Virus record (IMG/VR): IMGVR_UViG_3300030399_000026
DNA from: a virus
Strand: one strand, 5' to 3'
Length of the DNA: 47,825 bases
Shown here: one piece after another, positions 1 to 7,762 of the stretch
How the letters are laid out: each line of letters starts with the position of its first letter
How positions within the stretch are numbered: the stretch's first letter is position 1
Notes under the pieces: generated by a model
What the model saw: the letters and a program-made list of their open reading frames with translations, nothing else
Told to the model about the DNA's origin: nothing
Databases searched by the model: none
Made by a program: the position numbers and the translations under genes

Positions 1-127
1 CATCGGACGGCGGGAACGGCCCGCCGTTTCGCGATCTGTGATGGACCGTACTTGCGGCGCGATAGCCTCACGGGTGGGGATGCCTTCGTGCTGGTCTTGC
101 TTGCTCATGATGGTTCCTTACTGGTAG
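1..127. repeat. Left copy of the 127-bp exact terminal direct repeat (identical to 47699-47825)
   Basis: Read directly: bases 1-127 (catcggacgg...ccttactggtag) recur verbatim as the last 127 bases. This implies a circular or terminally redundant genome with unique length 47,698 bp. Positions 1-108 duplicate the first 36 codons of the minus-strand gene annotated at 47303-47806. Confidence 0.95.
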
Positions 128-996
128 TTGGAGAAGTATTCGGCCTGGGCTTTGGCCTTGTCCATCTTCTTATCGCCCTCGACATAGAAGCCCGCTTTGT
201 AGAAGCGCTCGAACTGAGCTTTGACTTCGGCGGGGAGAGAGTTGAAGCCCTTGCCAGACTTGGCCGGGGTGAAGGAGGAGCCACCGCCGCCACCACCTTC
301 GACCATACCTGGGGCAGGAGATTCGAACTCCTCGAACTGCTTGGCGAAGACCTTGCGAGTCTTCTTGGCAACCTCGGCCAGGACTTGCTTGGGGGTGAGT
401 CGTTCGGCCTGGGGCTTCTTCATTTCCCGATCTTGAATGGATAAAGCTGCGCCGTTGGCGTACTCCACCAGTTCTGGATTCTTGCGGTCGTCGAACCAGG
501 GGTTCTCGGACATCCACTCCTGCACGTCCGGGTGGACAGTAGGGTCTTGCTTGGCAGGAGCCTTGACCTCGGGGATCGAGGAAGGTGCCGCTTTCAACTC
601 ATCCATCTGATCACGGAGGTCCTCAGCGGCAAGGGCATCGCCGTTGGCTAGGGCTTCCCGGCGCTGCTCCTTCAACTGCCGGAGGGCGTTGGTCATCGCG
701 TTGTCCTCAACCTTCTTGAGGTACTCCCGGATTTCCTTGACGGTGGCGCCCTGCTCCGTCATCTCTTGCCTAAGGCGGGTAATCTCCGCATCCTTCTTGG
801 CGAGAGTCTTGCGCAGGATCGGGTTGATCTGCTTGCCCCGGTTGACGAAGGTCTCAGCATCGGACCACTCGGCTTCGTCACCGCGCCATTCGGCAAGTGG
901 GACCCAGCCTTGCTCACGAGCTTCCGCCACGATGTGGTCGTCACCGCCACCTTCATCGGCGCCGCCACCACCCAACACATCTTTTATATCAGCCAT
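118..996 (-). CDS. Scaffolding-like head assembly protein (292 aa)
   Basis: Long ORF between the portal/GroES-like genes and, across the circular junction, the head genes. It is highly charged with a coiled-coil-like middle (LRQLKEQRREALANGDALAAEDLRDQMDELK) and Gly runs at both ends. It has a TGAcATG junction with the upstream gene. Function is inferred from position and composition only. Confidence 0.55.
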   Translation of the reverse strand: MADIKDVLGGGGADEGGGDDHIVAEAREQGWVPLAEWRGDEAEWSDAETFVNRGKQINPILRKTLAKKDAEITRLRQEMTEQGATVKEIREYLKKVEDNAMTNALRQLKEQRREALANGDALAAEDLRDQMDELKAAPSSIPEVKAPAKQDPTVHPDVQEWMSENPWFDDRKNPELVEYANGAALSIQDREMKKPQAERLTPKQVLAEVAKKTRKVFAKQFEEFESPAPGMVEGGGGGGSSFTPAKSGKGFNSLPAEVKAQFERFYKAGFYVEGDKKMDKAKAQAEYFSNYQ

Positions 997-997
997 G

Positions 998-1315
998 TCA
1001 TTCCCCCAGAACCATCATGATGTCCAAGTCGTGAACGACTCGGTAATTGACCTTGTTCTTCAGGTCGCCTTCTTGAAACAGCCAACCTCCGAACTTGGCA
1101 ATGCGGACCTTATCGCCCACCTTGACCCAGTCTGCCGGTTGGTCGTGGAAGGCTTGCGCCCCCAAAGCAACCACAGTACCTTCCATCTGTTGCATCTCAG
1201 CACGACCTTCCAACGTACCGGGAGCGGCAATGATGATGCCGGACGCAGTCGTTGTTTCGGGCGGGTCCATCAAGATCAGGACCTTGTTACCACTCGGCTT
1301 CCACTTCGTTGTCAT
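998..1315 (-). CDS. groES: GroES/Cpn10-like co-chaperonin (105 aa)
   Basis: Aligns by eye along its whole length with bacterial GroES. KPSGNKVLILMDPPETTTASGIII matches [24 protein letters not shown]. A mobile-loop-like segment follows, then GTVVALG. VKVGDKVRIAKFGG matches VKVGDIVIFNDGYG, and the C-terminal VVHDLDIMMVL matches VLIMSESDILAIV. It is preceded by an AT-rich 110-nt spacer with RBS aagaggaag. Confidence 0.8.
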   Translation of the reverse strand: MTTKWKPSGNKVLILMDPPETTTASGIIIAAPGTLEGRAEMQQMEGTVVALGAQAFHDQPADWVKVGDKVRIAKFGGWLFQEGDLKNKVNYRVVHDLDIMMVLGE

Positions 1316-1427
1316 TGATGTCTTCCTCTTTCTAGATATGACACACAGTTTAAAAGAACTACCTCACTATCTCCGGCATGACCAAGTATCAAATTACAGT
1401 TGCTGCAAAACTTACCTCTACATTGCG

Positions 1428-1709
1428 CTATGCTTGGTCGTCCCATAGGTCCTCTTCATCCATCGTTAGTAAATAAGAGTACACCTCATGCGCACCGATA
1501 GCCTTCGCTCTACGAACTGCTTCTTCATGCGGATCATCTAATCCCACGCCACCCCTAAAACGGGCTAGCTCCTCCTCCTCCAACTCCCGGAGGTGCCGCT
1601 CCAGCATCGCCTTGACCGCCTGTTGCACCGGATGCGCCGAGAAGAGCACCCAGTCCTCCTCCTCCACCACTACTGTCCTTGCCACCATCGCTCTCCTTAT
1701 CGTTGCCAC
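1428..1709 (-). CDS. Hypothetical acidic protein (start uncertain; alternative ATG at 1607)
   Basis: The ORF overlaps the Gly-rich 3' end of the portal ORF by 53-155 nt depending on the start used. The C-terminal part (EEAVRRAKAIGAHEVYSYLLTMDEEDLWDDQA) looks like a genuine protein. Confidence 0.4.
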   Translation of the reverse strand: MATIRRAMVARTVVVEEEDWVLFSAHPVQQAVKAMLERHLRELEEEELARFRGGVGLDDPHEEAVRRAKAIGAHEVYSYLLTMDEEDLWDDQA

Positions 1710-3861
1710 CCATCATTGAGTGGAGGATTTTGATTGCCTCCAGCGTTCCCTCTTGCTTGTTCTTCGCGGCTCCGATTTGCGCCTCAATAAGCGCAATCTG
1801 ATGCCCAGTATCCACACCCTTCGCCTCAGCAAGAGTTTGAACAACTTGTGCCTCCAAGAGTTTGATTTGGGCTTGTTGCAACTCAGCCTTGGAGACCAAG
1901 TCGAGGAGCTTGATCTTGAAGTCGAGTTGCTGCTTGGCCTGAGCCGACTGTTGCTTGAGTTGCTCGATCTGAAGCTTCGGGTTCTGCGGAGGCGGAACGG
2001 CGAACGGACCCTTAGGATCAGGTAGGAACTTGTCGATGTCAGGGACCTTCAGGGCTTGAAGGTAGTAACGATGGACTTGATAGATGTCGTAGCCTGGAGC
2101 CGCCATTGCCGCCTGCATCAGCGACGAGGCTTGGTTGTAGCGTTGGGCGTCCGACATGTAGAACGGGTCGGCGCTAGGGCGGATCGTAACCTCGGCATTC
2201 TTGTAGAGGTGCGCTGCTGCCTTAGACTGCGGCGGGGCTGACTGAGCGAAGTACGGCATGCTCTCGTCAAGGAACACGCAGTTCAGGCGGAACAGTTTGC
2301 GCAACTCCTGAGTGAAAGCCCGATGCGTCCGCTTGAAGATGCCGTTGAACACCTTCATGCCCTGCTCTACCATCGCACGGGAAGTCTCAGCCGGAGTATT
2401 CTGACCTGGGTTCTTACCTTGCAGAATGTCAACCGCACCAGCGATCTGCTGTCCATACTCGATGAGGAGGGTGAGCAGTTGGAAGAGCGACTGGTTAGGC
2501 GGTGGAGGGGGCAGAGGAACAACACTCTTCCTGATGTCATCTCCACTTCCATCAACAGTCTTCCACTCGCCGGGGCGGAAACGATACTCGCCCTTCTTAT
2601 TCTTGAACCCGCGCCCAAGGAAGCCCCCTCCAGCATTGGCAAGGGTTCCCGAATCGAGCATCTGGTTGAGCGAGGAATCAATGGCGTGATTGAGCGGCCC
2701 GAGTAGAGCACCGAATCCGAGGTCATAGAAGCCACCATCCGGCGAGGGGATGAAAGGATACTTCGTGAACATCGTCAGAGGGTTGATTCGGATGAGTTTT
2801 CCGGAGGGTAGGAAAGTAACATCCTTGCGAGTGAAACGCGGCACGATTCGCAGCACTTGGGCCGTATCATAGCGAACAGTGACGATGTATGGTTCGGCGT
2901 AGCCGTCGCCGTCCAAATCGAGCGTGCGATGTTGTTCCAGCAACTCGTATGGAGCATCGTGGTCGGCCACGACAGGCCGGATTCCTTGTCGGTCGTCGGT
3001 CTCTTCTTCGAGCATGTAGCGGAGTCGGGGCTCGGCTCGGGGGGAACCTTCTTTGAACTCGGCAAAGATTCCTCGGGCTTGGCGCTCGTAGACGGCGTTA
3101 GGGTCGAGGTAGATGATGTGGGTAAGGCGGGGGGCATGCTCAATGTCCTTGGTGTAGTAGGACACGACGATGTCCTTCGGGGAGATAAACTCCGAAACGT
3201 TGTGGCACAGGATGGGGTCGAAGTAGGACTTCTTGAAGGCGCACCCCATGATGGCTTGGGTCAAGAGCATCTTGTCGTGGTTCTCTTCCCAGGTCTCGTC
3301 CTCTTCGAGGATTTGATAAGACATGTGGTCGGCTATTTCGTTGGCCTGTTGGGTCAGGGCATCGAACTTGGCCTTGAGTTGCTGAGCTTGCTGCTGGGCT
3401 TGCTGCATAGCCTGCTGCGCCTGGGGGTCAGGCGGTTGACCCGGCTGGGCAGGAGGCATCGTAGGCAGCGTCAGCTTAGGCATTTTCTGTAGCGGACGAG
3501 CAGCGACAGGTTGTCCACCGTTGACCAGCGCGGGGTAGGCGCGAGACTGATACTGAAGGGCGGCAATAGTCAAGAGAGGGAACTTGACGTTGGCGGCATC
3601 CGGCCACGGGAAGGTCTTCTTCTCGGTGACTTGAAGGGCTAGGCGCATAGCCAACTGCATCCGCTCTTCCCATTCTTGGCGAGAGACCCGGTCGTTGTCG
3701 AAGTCCTGCTTGACCATCGCACCGAGGGTGTCGAGGTCATGCTCGTCGAAACGGTCGACGAGGTTCGAGGAGCGCATCAACTTCTCGTCGAGCGCGATGA
3801 AGTGTTCAAGGTTCCACGGAGCATTAGCCGGGGCCTGATCTTCGAAGTCAGTAACACTCAT
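1555..3861 (-). CDS. Portal protein (768 aa from ATG 3861; ORF open to 3903)
   Basis: Largest head-module ORF and next coding gene after terL. It has a Q/P-rich insertion (PPAQPGQPPDPQAQQAMQQAQQQAQQ) and a Gly-rich C-terminal tail. The call rests on size and synteny, not on a named motif. Confidence 0.7.
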   Translation of the reverse strand: MSVTDFEDQAPANAPWNLEHFIALDEKLMRSSNLVDRFDEHDLDTLGAMVKQDFDNDRVSRQEWEERMQLAMRLALQVTEKKTFPWPDAANVKFPLLTIAALQYQSRAYPALVNGGQPVAARPLQKMPKLTLPTMPPAQPGQPPDPQAQQAMQQAQQQAQQLKAKFDALTQQANEIADHMSYQILEEDETWEENHDKMLLTQAIMGCAFKKSYFDPILCHNVSEFISPKDIVVSYYTKDIEHAPRLTHIIYLDPNAVYERQARGIFAEFKEGSPRAEPRLRYMLEEETDDRQGIRPVVADHDAPYELLEQHRTLDLDGDGYAEPYIVTVRYDTAQVLRIVPRFTRKDVTFLPSGKLIRINPLTMFTKYPFIPSPDGGFYDLGFGALLGPLNHAIDSSLNQMLDSGTLANAGGGFLGRGFKNKKGEYRFRPGEWKTVDGSGDDIRKSVVPLPPPPPNQSLFQLLTLLIEYGQQIAGAVDILQGKNPGQNTPAETSRAMVEQGMKVFNGIFKRTHRAFTQELRKLFRLNCVFLDESMPYFAQSAPPQSKAAAHLYKNAEVTIRPSADPFYMSDAQRYNQASSLMQAAMAAPGYDIYQVHRYYLQALKVPDIDKFLPDPKGPFAVPPPQNPKLQIEQLKQQSAQAKQQLDFKIKLLDLVSKAELQQAQIKLLEAQVVQTLAEAKGVDTGHQIALIEAQIGAAKNKQEGTLEAIKILHSMMGGNDKESDGGKDSSGGGGGLGALLGASGATGGQGDAGAAPPGVGGGGASPF

Positions 3862-4103
3862 GATTGCAATTCCAAATAGGTAGACCACAAGGGCAGGCGT
3901 CACAATCTTCAGTGGGGTAGGGAGAGTAGGGCTCGCCGTCGCCCTCCCGGCTCACCGCTACGGAGGAGCTTACTTCGGGCGCTCCCAGATGTGCAAGGGT
4001 TCGCTCGCTACGCTCGCCGCCTTCGGCGCCCTTGACATCCGGTTCTGCGCGCCCTCGTGTCGCCCCTCTTCGCGGGTGAACCTCAACGGGCGCGGCATCG
4101 CTG

Positions 4104-5561
4104 CTAGTACCCAGTGATAGGGTTGCGTCCTTCATCTAAGGCTCCAGATTCTTCCATCTCCTCTTCCCACTCCAGTTCGTCAAGCTCGCGGCGGGTGAGA
4201 GAGGGGGAGAGTTTGTTGAGGTAGAGGCCAAGCCACGCCAGGGCGTCAACTCGGTCGTCGTTCTTCCCACGCGGGAAGTTTATCATCTCTTCGTAGAACG
4301 AGAACCACCATTCGGCGTCGCAGTCGAAGTGGACGCCGCCTGCCCGCATCCGGGCTTGGATGGAAGTGGCACGAGCCTGCTTGTCCTTGTGGGGGCGAAT
4401 CCTTTCAATCGATAGATAGCGCCCTCGTTTCCGCATCTCGGCTTCCAAGAACGGCCCGATGGTCTTGGCGATATTCTCGTCCTCGACGACCCAGAAGTCG
4501 ATGTTGTAAAGTTCCTGGAGGCGGAACATCTCTTCTATCGATTCAAGAGGGTCCAGACGCTTGGCAATAACTTCCACAATATGAAGTAGGCCATCAGGGC
4601 TAACTCCACCAACAACAATGGCAGTGGGATCGCCCTTATCGGACTGTCCAATCGAGAAGTCAATCGCCGCGTACATCGTCTTAGGTTCTTCATGATCCGC
4701 CGCCGTCATTGCACGGAAGTCGCTCTTCCGAAAGTAGGCGTCCGCTTCCGCAACAGGGTGAGAGAGATACTCTTGAGAGTAGCCCGAGGGGTTGCCTGCC
4801 GATATGTACCGCTGCCGCTCTCGACGAAGGCGTGCCTCCGTGAATTTCTCGGGCCAGAGAATTTCGCCAAAGTCGTCAAACGATTTATGGGCGCGGAAGC
4901 GACGACCCACCCATCCATTGTCAGGGTCTGTAAGTAGCCGTTCGAGTAGCGAATCCATATGTAGGATTGTCCCAAGGAACCGTACTCGCAGATTATCGGC
5001 CCCACACGGAAGGAGGGCGTTGTTGAACCAGTCTCTGAGTTTTTCACGGCGTTCCTTTGACATGACTGCTTCGTCGTTTTCTAAGTCATCGACGACGATG
5101 AGGGAGGGGCGCTTGTTGTGCCAGAGAAGGCCACGGACGGCTTGTTCAGCGCCCTTACCTACGACGCAGAACTCTCGACCCCCTGCCTCCGCTACCAGTT
5201 GGGTTTCGTTAGCCCGCAAGACCCGTACACCAAATTCGGTTCGTAGGTCATGGTTGTCCGTAAGTATTCTGGTGAGATTTGCAAGATGCCCTGCGGCGAG
5301 CGCTTCGGTCGCGGACACGAGGAGGGCGAAGTCATCAGAACCAAATAGAAGGCTTGCGAGACTGAAGGCGTGAGTTCCCGCAGTGGACTTGGCATGGCCG
5401 CGAGGAGCCGCAACTGCCACGTTCTGTTCGGGCGAACAGAATAGATTCCACAGGTCTCGGTGGAACTGGGGAGTTGGTTTTGGTTGGTCGAGGTCGGCAT
5501 GAAGGAAGGCTTCCATAAAACCCTCAACAAGGTGCGCATCGATGATGATCTTATTGCTCAT
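4104..5561 (-). CDS. terL: Terminase large subunit (485 aa from ATG 5561)
   Basis: Walker A-like VAAPRGHAKST and Walker B LIVVDDLEND are present. The C-terminal RNase-H-like nuclease acidic residues are in AAIDFSIG, WVVEDENI and GKNDDRVDAL. It overlaps the upstream TerS-like gene by 11 nt. Confidence 0.9.
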   Translation of the reverse strand: MSNKIIIDAHLVEGFMEAFLHADLDQPKPTPQFHRDLWNLFCSPEQNVAVAAPRGHAKSTAGTHAFSLASLLFGSDDFALLVSATEALAAGHLANLTRILTDNHDLRTEFGVRVLRANETQLVAEAGGREFCVVGKGAEQAVRGLLWHNKRPSLIVVDDLENDEAVMSKERREKLRDWFNNALLPCGADNLRVRFLGTILHMDSLLERLLTDPDNGWVGRRFRAHKSFDDFGEILWPEKFTEARLRRERQRYISAGNPSGYSQEYLSHPVAEADAYFRKSDFRAMTAADHEEPKTMYAAIDFSIGQSDKGDPTAIVVGGVSPDGLLHIVEVIAKRLDPLESIEEMFRLQELYNIDFWVVEDENIAKTIGPFLEAEMRKRGRYLSIERIRPHKDKQARATSIQARMRAGGVHFDCDAEWWFSFYEEMINFPRGKNDDRVDALAWLGLYLNKLSPSLTRRELDELEWEEEMEESGALDEGRNPITGY

Positions 5562-6177
5562 CGCGGGGGACCTCGGTGACGGCACCGTCGATGATGGACG
5601 GGTCTTTGGCGCCAAGGGCGCGGAGTTTGTTGGCGAGCAGGTTCATGCGGTCTGTGTCGCCGGGAATGGAGGTTGGTTCGTTGCGCAGCAATTGGCGCTT
5701 GATGAAGACGGAGTCGGCCACCCTCGTCAGGACGGAGGCCGTGATGGGCATGCGCCGTTTCGTGCCGTCCTTGTTGACGCCCGTCACCTCGCCCTTGATG
5801 ATGCGGTCCTCTAGCTCGATGAGGGACCGGTCAAGGATGCGGGTGTAGGTGGAGTCGAGAATGGTGTTGGAGTCCCTCTTGAACCGGGTCTCCTCTTCTT
5901 GCCACCAGAGTTGGCGCGCCATCTTGTTGATTTCGTAGACGGTCTTGCCGAACTCACGGGCGCAGAGGGCCATGTTGCCGGTCTCGCAGTACCGGCGGCA
6001 GATCGCAATGTCAAGGGTGACTAGCTCTTCGCCGGGAACCGTGCCCGCCGAGGCGCCGAAGGCGCCATCGGAAACGCGCTCGTCGGCTATGGCTTGAACA
6101 GCCGTATGGAATTGGTCTGCGGGCGGCTGAGGAGGAGACTCCTGTAGCACCGCCCCCTTCTTGTCCGTTACCTTCAT
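5551..6177 (-). CDS. Terminase small subunit-like DNA-binding protein (208 aa)
   Basis: Sits immediately upstream of and overlapping terL. It contains an HTH-like segment, ICRRYCETGNMALCAREFGKTVYEINKMAR. Confidence 0.6.
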   Translation of the reverse strand: MKVTDKKGAVLQESPPQPPADQFHTAVQAIADERVSDGAFGASAGTVPGEELVTLDIAICRRYCETGNMALCAREFGKTVYEINKMARQLWWQEEETRFKRDSNTILDSTYTRILDRSLIELEDRIIKGEVTGVNKDGTKRRMPITASVLTRVADSVFIKRQLLRNEPTSIPGDTDRMNLLANKLRALGAKDPSIIDGAVTEVPRDEQ

Positions 6178-6208
6178 CGATCAGCCTCTTGCTGAGTTGG
6201 TAGGGGAC

Positions 6209-6382
6209 TTACTTCCTTTTGATGCTCTTCACTGCTGTCTTGGGCTTCGAGGTTGGACGGGCGCCGCCCTTCGTCCCACTTAGACGGGCGCCAGTCTTCG
6301 ACTGGGTTCCGAGCTTACCTTTCCCCAAGATTGCCGAAAGAGCACTTCCCGCCTTCATGGCGCCCTTCGTTGTCCGTGCCAT
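6209..6382 (-). CDS. Small lysine/glycine-rich basic protein (57 aa)
   Basis: ATG 6382 is preceded by a strong RBS (aaggag plus 7 nt) on the minus strand. The product is MARTTKGAMKAGSALSAILGKGKLG...KSIKRK. It overlaps the 3' end of the 6315-6524 ORF. Confidence 0.45.
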   Translation of the reverse strand: MARTTKGAMKAGSALSAILGKGKLGTQSKTGARLSGTKGGARPTSKPKTAVKSIKRK

Positions 6383-6524
6383 TGAGAGACTCCTTGACCA
6401 GTTGGTAGCCATCGTTCTTTGTCAGGTAGGCATGCATCTGGGGCGTGATGAGAAGCTGGGCGCAGATGGCCGCCGTGTCGGCGCCCGAGAGGTCTAGCCT
6501 TGCTACATCGTGAATCAGAGACAT
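6315..6524 (-). CDS. Hypothetical protein (69 aa), first ORF after the tRNA
   Basis: RBS ggag plus 5 nt precedes ATG 6524, which lies 17 nt downstream of the tRNA 3' end. The last 68 nt overlap the next gene in another frame. Confidence 0.45.
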   Translation of the reverse strand: MSLIHDVARLDLSGADTAAICAQLLITPQMHAYLTKNDGYQLVKESLNGTDNEGRHEGGKCSFGNLGER

Positions 6525-6541
6525 GTCTACTCCAAAGGGGG

Positions 6542-6619
6542 TGGTCTGGGCGGCAGGATTCGAACCTGCGACCTCCTGCTTCCAGGGCAGGTGACTTGAC
6601 CGGACTAGCCTACACCCAG
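6542..6619 (-). tRNA. tRNA, anticodon UGG (Pro) if the 7-nt loop CCUGGAA is read canonically
   Basis: The reverse complement folds as a cloverleaf. Acceptor stem is CTGGGTG/CGCCCAG with an encoded A73-CCA. The D arm is GGCT/AGTC with GG in its loop. The anticodon stem is CCTGC/GCAGG, the variable loop is AGGTC, and the T arm is GCAGG-TTCGAAT-CCTGC. C1-G72 with A73 fits bacterial tRNA-Pro identity. Positions 33 (C) and 37 (A) are atypical. Confidence 0.8.
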
Positions 6620-7416
6620 ATCGATGACGCAGATCATATCACAGTCCATTCAAGATCGGGATTGACTGCACCCTGTTGCTACATCGAATGCGGTTAAAGC
6701 CTTTCGCGCGAGCGTTGCGATTGCCCCCCTCCGGCCCCTAGGACGGGATTATGGGACTGCTTACATACCTCCGGATGTAGTAGGCGCTTACAACATCTGC
6801 GCTGGCGCATGAAGCATGTGCTTACATCACTCGTTGTGTAGTGAGTGCTTACACCATGCTGATGCATGGGGCATCACGAGGCGTATGTAGTAGGTACATG
6901 GTAAGTGTAACAGTCGTCTAACCTAGGGTTTGTACTAATAACACTGCGCACTCTGCGCACCTAAGATTGAGTCAAGCCAAGCAACACGGCGAAAGTAGCA
7001 AAGCGGAGTGGCCAGCACGGCGCGAAGTACCGCCAGAGAAGCCGAACCTCTGTGATTAACGGCGCGCAGTAGCAGCACCCGACTAGCATGACAAGCTAGC
7101 CAAGCAAGACGGCCCTAGTGCAGAGCGCTGGTCAAGCATCCGCCTTCTAGATGCCCGGTCGTGACAGGTGTTCTTTAACAATTCGTACCCCATGCCTCAG
7201 GCGTTGCACCCTAGGTGGAGTGAGCGAGTAGCTAGCCGTGACAGGACTAGTCGAAAGCGCACAGAGCAAGACCGGACGAGTGCAGGCAAGACCGCAGGTG
7301 ATGGGGAGTTCAGTAGCGCACCCTAATGTTGGGTGCCAGACTAGTAGTTGAGTCTGGACCGGCGCCTTCGGCGAAAGCCAAGGGCACGGTCCTTTGTCAA
7401 CTACAGGAGCAGGATC
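6620..7416. promoter_or_regulatory. 797-bp ORF-free divergent control region (hairpin array plus short direct repeats)
   Basis: No credible ORF on either strand. GCTTACA occurs at 6759, 6786, 6820 and 6847. Hairpins include TACAT/ATGTA (6762-6779), TCACT/AGTGA (6829-6846), CCATGC/GCATGG (6853-6868) and CCAGACT/AGTCTGG (7335-7357). Direct repeats are agccaagcaaSacggc (6975, 7098), cgtgacagg (7160, 7237) and gcaagaccg (7266, 7286). Confidence 0.5.
6633..6641 (-). promoter_or_regulatory. Candidate extended -10 promoter (TGaTATGAT) for the tRNA and late operon
   Basis: The minus strand reads tgTGaTATGATctgcgtcatcgat immediately before tRNA position 1. There is no convincing -35 element. This is pattern recognition only. 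Confidence 0.3.
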
Positions 7417-7566
7417 ATGGAACAAGAGATTGGGTTGTATGTGGTGCGGTTGTTTGGGGCCGGGTATGTTGAGGTCGAGGCGGTTAGTGTTGATGATGCG
7501 CAGGTGAAGGCTGAGGTGTTGTATCCAGAGTTTGAACTGGCAACGGTTCCGCTGAGGTGCGATTAA
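7417..7566 (+). CDS. Hypothetical protein (49 aa), first early ORF
   Basis: RBS aggag plus 7 nt precedes ATG 7417. Product begins MEQEIGLYVVRLFGAGYVEVEAVSVDDAQ. Confidence 0.5.
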   Translation: MEQEIGLYVVRLFGAGYVEVEAVSVDDAQVKAEVLYPEFELATVPLRCD

Positions 7567-7568
7567 TC

Positions 7569-7691
7569 ATGGATGACTTCGGCAATGCCTTGGATGGCGA
7601 GTATCTGTTCGAAAAGCATTTTTTGGGGATGGATGATGCGGTGTTTGATGCGATGTTTGAGGCGTCGGACTTTTATGACGATGAGTATTGA
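7569..7691 (+). CDS. Very acidic 40-aa protein
   Basis: Found by hand translation and absent from the ORF track. Product is MDDFGNALDGEYLFEKHFLGMDDAVFDAMFEASDFYDDEY. It reads as a far more protein-like frame than the overlapping W/C/R-rich 7573-7959 ORF. Confidence 0.45.
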   Translation: MDDFGNALDGEYLFEKHFLGMDDAVFDAMFEASDFYDDEY

Positions 7692-7762
7692 GAAGGAGGC
7701 AGGGTCTCCCCTGTCGCATGCGACTAGCATTCCGCTGGTGGCGAGTGCGAGGGGAGGTGAGT

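Noticed and set aside
1-127. The 127-bp end repeat as a biological direct terminal repeat.
   Set aside because: It falls inside a coding region (the start of the 167-aa head gene) rather than in the non-coding control region. Its length equals a common assembler maximum k-mer. It is more likely a circularisation overlap, and this is left as testable.
3848-4135. The 95-aa ORF bridging terL and portal as a confident gene.
   Set aside because: It starts inside terL, its composition is mostly off-frame-like (R/G/S/E/A), and it has no recognisable motif. It is kept only as an alternative explanation in the finding on the 240-nt gap.
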